Shown here piece after piece: positions 28,916-32,000 of a stretch of DNA of 32,000 bases (within the stretch, counting starts at the first letter, position 1; each line of letters starts with the position of its first letter). Source of the DNA: Desulfocapsa sulfexigens DSM 10523 (lineage in GTDB: Bacteria; Desulfobacterota; Desulfobulbia; Desulfobulbales; Desulfocapsaceae). The DNA lies in the NCBI RefSeq assembly GCF_000341395.1, contig NC_020304.1:450001-482000 (forward strand). Direction: 5' to 3'. The notes below the pieces were generated by a model. It saw only the letters and a list, made by a program, of their open reading frames with translations. It was not told where the DNA came from and did not search any database. The position numbers and the translations under genes were made by a program.

Positions 28916-29311
28916 ATCCGTCTATTTTTTATAGGTTAATAAGGAAAACGTCGAATACTCTTGCACAAGAACATCTGAAAAAAAAATCATCCACAGGAAC
29001 AATGAACACAGGGTGACTCTTAGGTAACCCCAAATATTACAAAGAGAATCGAAAACTCGTTCACCGCTTATCAAACGGTCAAGAAACCGTATAGTTTTTT
29101 TTTCGAATAGAAACGAAGCTCAACATTGAAAATGTTATCGCACGGTAATATTCAAGTCAAGGAATTGCGAATAAATACACAGCCCCAGAATTAGCTGGCT
29201 GCCCGACAAACCCTCTTGTCATATTGCAGACCTTGGGCTACCCGGTACGATGATTTCGTTTGTTGGGGGGGGAAACCTACGGCGGAATATTTCAAAGACA
29301 ATACTATCCCA

Positions 29312-29330
29312 ACACTTCTTAAAGAAGTGT
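29312..29330. repeat. Perfect 9-1-9 inverted repeat in intergenic region
   Basis: acacttctt-a-aagaagtgt, read directly from the sequence. Confidence 0.8.
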
Positions 29331-29478
29331 CGTAATCAGCTGTTACTCTAGCCCATATTTCTCTTGTTTTTTCAAACGCTTAACATGCTATAATCCTGAA
29401 CCTGATACGTCCATAAATGGCAAACGGTTTGTTAATAAAATGTTCACCAAAGGCAAGTGGATATAAATTACTGAGATA

Positions 29479-30852
29479 CTACAATTTAGCATCAATCTGC
29501 AATGCCATATCGGTATCACTCAAGGTACCAACTAATTGTTTAAAATGAATCAGAGTTGTTATGTAGCTATATCTTGCATTCTGATACCTATTACTTACAA
29601 TAAAAAAATCCCTTTGCACATTGAGGACATCAAGCATGGGCTGTAAGCCCTCTTTGAAATTTTCCTCTTTTATTTGCAAAGATTTCCTATTGGCTTCCAC
29701 TGCATTTTTATAGGCTTCAATGGATACAAGAATTCTCTGCAGACTGTTCCAGGTCGCTGTTGTTTGACGAACAATGGAGCGTTGAGTTGCAACGATACGC
29801 TGTTTTGCCGCCCTGTAACGTTTCTCCCTGGCAATGAAATCTGCCAGATCACGTCCACCACTAAGGAGTTCCATTTGCAGTTTTATTCCACAATCCGTAC
29901 GATCGCGCTCCCAGCCATAGCCGTTCAAATCATCACTAGGGCTGGTTCGTTCATACTCAACAAAGAAGTTGAGAGCAGGCAGAAACCGTCCCATGCTGAT
30001 TTTTTCATCCAGCCGTGCAGCTTCTGATTGCAACCTGCTGATACTGCAATCAACATTATTTTCTTTGGCAGTTTGCAGCCAGTACTCAAAATCATTTCCA
30101 AGTAACTCAAAAAAACTGTCCTCTTCATCAAGCCCTTTCAGTTCCTCCAATACAGGTTCGCCAAGAGTTTCCGAAAGAGCCTCTCTGGCATCCACCAGCT
30201 TAGCCTCCTGAACAGCAGAGATAGCCTTTGTGGTTTCATAGCGGGCCAGAATATCATACAAAGCCGATTGATCCTCTAATCCTAGTGCATGACCGGTTCT
30301 TGCTGTCTCTAACTGGCTCTCCAGAATCTGAAGTTTAGCATTGGCAAATTTCAGCTCATCCTGAGCGGAAACTTGTGCAAAATACCGTTCAACAACCCGT
30401 ACAACGAGCTGCTCACGTGCCTTTCTAAGTTCCATGGCAGCGATGTCCATTTCACAACTCCCCCGCCTCGCCCTGTATATTTTTTCCAGGTCAATTAGGG
30501 GTTGCTCCAGAATAACAGCAACCTCATCGTCATAAAAATTGAGATGACGATCTTCAAGCTCGGCTATATCTTCAGGAGAGTACTCCAGATTACTGCGCAT
30601 AATCTTGCCGGAGACCGCAAGCCTTGGCCCAAGGGCTGCAACCTGCGCCCAACCATCGGCGTTCTTTGCCTCGGCGTCCATTTGCTCTACCTTAAAACGA
30701 GCATCGTTCTCCTGTGCAATTCTCAATGCGGTCACGAGATCAAGAGCAAAAGCCGATATCCCCATGACATGCAGGAACAAACAGGCAATAAGGCAAGACA
30801 GGATCTTTTTCAATCGGATATTAATGAACGGTTCCTCCCGACTCATCTTCAC
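29479..30852 (-). CDS. TolC family outer membrane efflux/secretion protein
   Basis: 457 aa; signal peptide, LDLVTALRIAQENDARFKVEQMDAE, ...LGPRLAVSGKIM, ATWNSLQRILVSIEAYKNAVEANRKSLQIKEENFKEGLQPMLDVLNVQRDFF, YITTLIHFKQLVGTLSDTDM. Confidence 0.92.
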   Translation of the reverse strand: MKMSREEPFINIRLKKILSCLIACLFLHVMGISAFALDLVTALRIAQENDARFKVEQMDAEAKNADGWAQVAALGPRLAVSGKIMRSNLEYSPEDIAELEDRHLNFYDDEVAVILEQPLIDLEKIYRARRGSCEMDIAAMELRKAREQLVVRVVERYFAQVSAQDELKFANAKLQILESQLETARTGHALGLEDQSALYDILARYETTKAISAVQEAKLVDAREALSETLGEPVLEELKGLDEEDSFFELLGNDFEYWLQTAKENNVDCSISRLQSEAARLDEKISMGRFLPALNFFVEYERTSPSDDLNGYGWERDRTDCGIKLQMELLSGGRDLADFIAREKRYRAAKQRIVATQRSIVRQTTATWNSLQRILVSIEAYKNAVEANRKSLQIKEENFKEGLQPMLDVLNVQRDFFIVSNRYQNARYSYITTLIHFKQLVGTLSDTDMALQIDAKL

Positions 30853-31366
30853 CTGAAGCGGTTTTCCCTTTTAGGGGTTGGAGTTTACGAGCAGTGATTC
30901 CACCTGTTTTGGGATCGGGAGCAGCCAATCGTATAACTTTACCTGGAAATTCATTTAGCTGGAGGTCATGCAACATGTTCTCCACCCCACCAAAGGGTGC
31001 CACGATATCGATAATCCATAGGCGATCACCACAATTCCAGTCTTCGGGGCGTAATTTTCCACCGTTTGCAAAAAGCCTGGCTTCTGCCTCTTTATTTAAG
31101 AAGGCCCAACTGATAAAAGAAGTTGGATACTCCTTTTTCATGAAGAGTTTACATTGCCCGGCTATGAGTGGTGGCATAAGCAGCCATTCCAGGTCAGCGA
31201 TAAAATGATAACGTCTGTGAGACGACTGCATATAAAGCAACAACACGGGTCCCATCGCTGGCAAGCGTTTCAGGATTTTCATGGATTGCTTATGAATTTC
31301 TTCTTTAAAAGCTTCGTTATCTACCGCTTCTGCGGTTTTAATCTTATCGTCCTTCTTTTGGCTCAT
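30821..31366 (-). CDS. Toxin-activating lysine-acyltransferase (HlyC/CyaC-like)
   Basis: 181 aa; aligns by eye with HlyC: SSH50RRYHF vs SSPLH23RNWPV, YPTSFISWAFLNKEAE vs YPVAYCSWANLSLENE, EDWNCGDRLWIID120IVAPFGG vs EDWTSGDRKWFID92WIAPFGD, PDPKTG vs VDPKTH. Confidence 0.87.
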   Translation of the reverse strand: MSQKKDDKIKTAEAVDNEAFKEEIHKQSMKILKRLPAMGPVLLLYMQSSHRRYHFIADLEWLLMPPLIAGQCKLFMKKEYPTSFISWAFLNKEAEARLFANGGKLRPEDWNCGDRLWIIDIVAPFGGVENMLHDLQLNEFPGKVIRLAAPDPKTGGITARKLQPLKGKTASGEDESGGTVH

Positions 31367-31368
31367 CT

Positions 31369-32000
31369 CTATGACTCCCGTAAACTTTGATCTTTATAGC
31401 GTAGCATTGGTCCCAGAAAATAATGGATGACACGTCTTTTTCCTACTTTTATATCGGTGGTAACCGTCATTCCGGGTAAAATTTGTCCCTGTTTCCCATT
31501 AATAACATTGGGTAATTGATAACTGTCCACAGAGATCCGTATGGGATATATCGCCCCCAGTTGTTCATCCATAACAGCATCCCTGCCGACCCATTCAATC
31601 TCACCTTCAAGATCACCATGGCGGGTAAAGGGATAGGCAGCCACCTTAACAGATGCATTTTGACCAATGGAGACAAACCCGATATCCTTGTTAAGCAGTT
31701 TCGCCTCTATCTCAAACCCACTGTCCATGGGGACGATGGTCATCAGTGGTTGAGCAGATGTAACAACTCCACCAACGGTATTAATTGCGAGTTGTTGCAC
31801 AATTCCATCCACCGGTGAGCGCAGTTCCCGGTTAACAAATTTATTTTTGGCCTTGGTGAGATGCTGGACCAATGCCTCCTGTTTCTTTTGGGCTTCTGTC
31901 AGCTCTTTGAGCAGTTCTTTTTTATATTCACTCTCCCACAACTGCTTTTCATCCTTTCTTTGTGAAAAACTGAGTTCAAGCTCTTTCATCCTGTTTTTTT
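31369..32000 (-). CDS. HlyD-like type I secretion periplasmic adaptor (membrane fusion protein), C-terminal part, truncated at window edge
   Basis: Coiled-coil then VNRELRSPVDGIVQQLAINTVGGVVTSAQPLMTIVPMDSGFEIEAKLLNKDIGFVSIGQNASVKVAAYPFTRHGDLEGEIEWVGRDA...LPGMTVTTDIKVGKRRVIHYFLGPM. The reading frame continues past the edge. Confidence 0.92.
   Translation of the reverse strand, partial: KNRMKELELSFSQRKDEKQLWESEYKKELLKELTEAQKKQEALVQHLTKAKNKFVNRELRSPVDGIVQQLAINTVGGVVTSAQPLMTIVPMDSGFEIEAKLLNKDIGFVSIGQNASVKVAAYPFTRHGDLEGEIEWVGRDAVMDEQLGAIYPIRISVDSYQLPNVINGKQGQILPGMTVTTDIKVGKRRVIHYFLGPMLRYKDQSLRES

Noticed and set aside
29181-29260. Possible c-di-GMP/GEMM or fluoride riboswitch, based on gcccgacaaacc...gggctacccggtacgatg
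   Set aside because: The diagnostic cores (GEMM CAAACC...GGxACGCAAAGCC or the crcB gATGrctCCta pattern) are not present in the expected arrangement. A cmscan would settle it.

Overview
This 32 kb window looks like a Gram-negative, probably deltaproteobacterial/Desulfobacterota-like chromosome (inferred from gene content only). From left to right it contains: the C-terminus of a class I fumarase beta domain; a UPF0597/cysteine desulfidase-like gene; a convergent U32 peptidase-family gene; an mnmA-mtaB-cinA-recA run; a nitrilase-HldE/RfaE2 adenylyltransferase fusion; a HEAT-repeat-like protein; a ferritin; a CAP/PR-1-like secreted protein; a cNMP-binding + DUF4388-like protein with a small membrane protein; a lipoprotein-like type 1 substrate-binding protein abutting a hybrid sensor kinase; a complete recC-recB-recD set; a GNAT acetyltransferase; a PhnD-like-domain sensor kinase; and the end of a type I secretion locus (TolC, HlyC-like acyltransferase, truncated HlyD). 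No tRNA/rRNA, CRISPR array or clear transposon was recognised. The strongest non-coding signal is a compact element at 26285-26413, downstream of the GNAT gene. It has a 27-bp closing stem (24 Watson-Crick plus 3 U.G pairs on the + strand) and encloses a GC-rich 8-bp hairpin and a CAGGGAT-loop hairpin. The best protein-level leads are the HlyC-like acyltransferase placed between hlyD and tolC with no visible toxin, the nitrilase-RfaE2 fusion, and the two periplasmic-binding-domain sensory modules.
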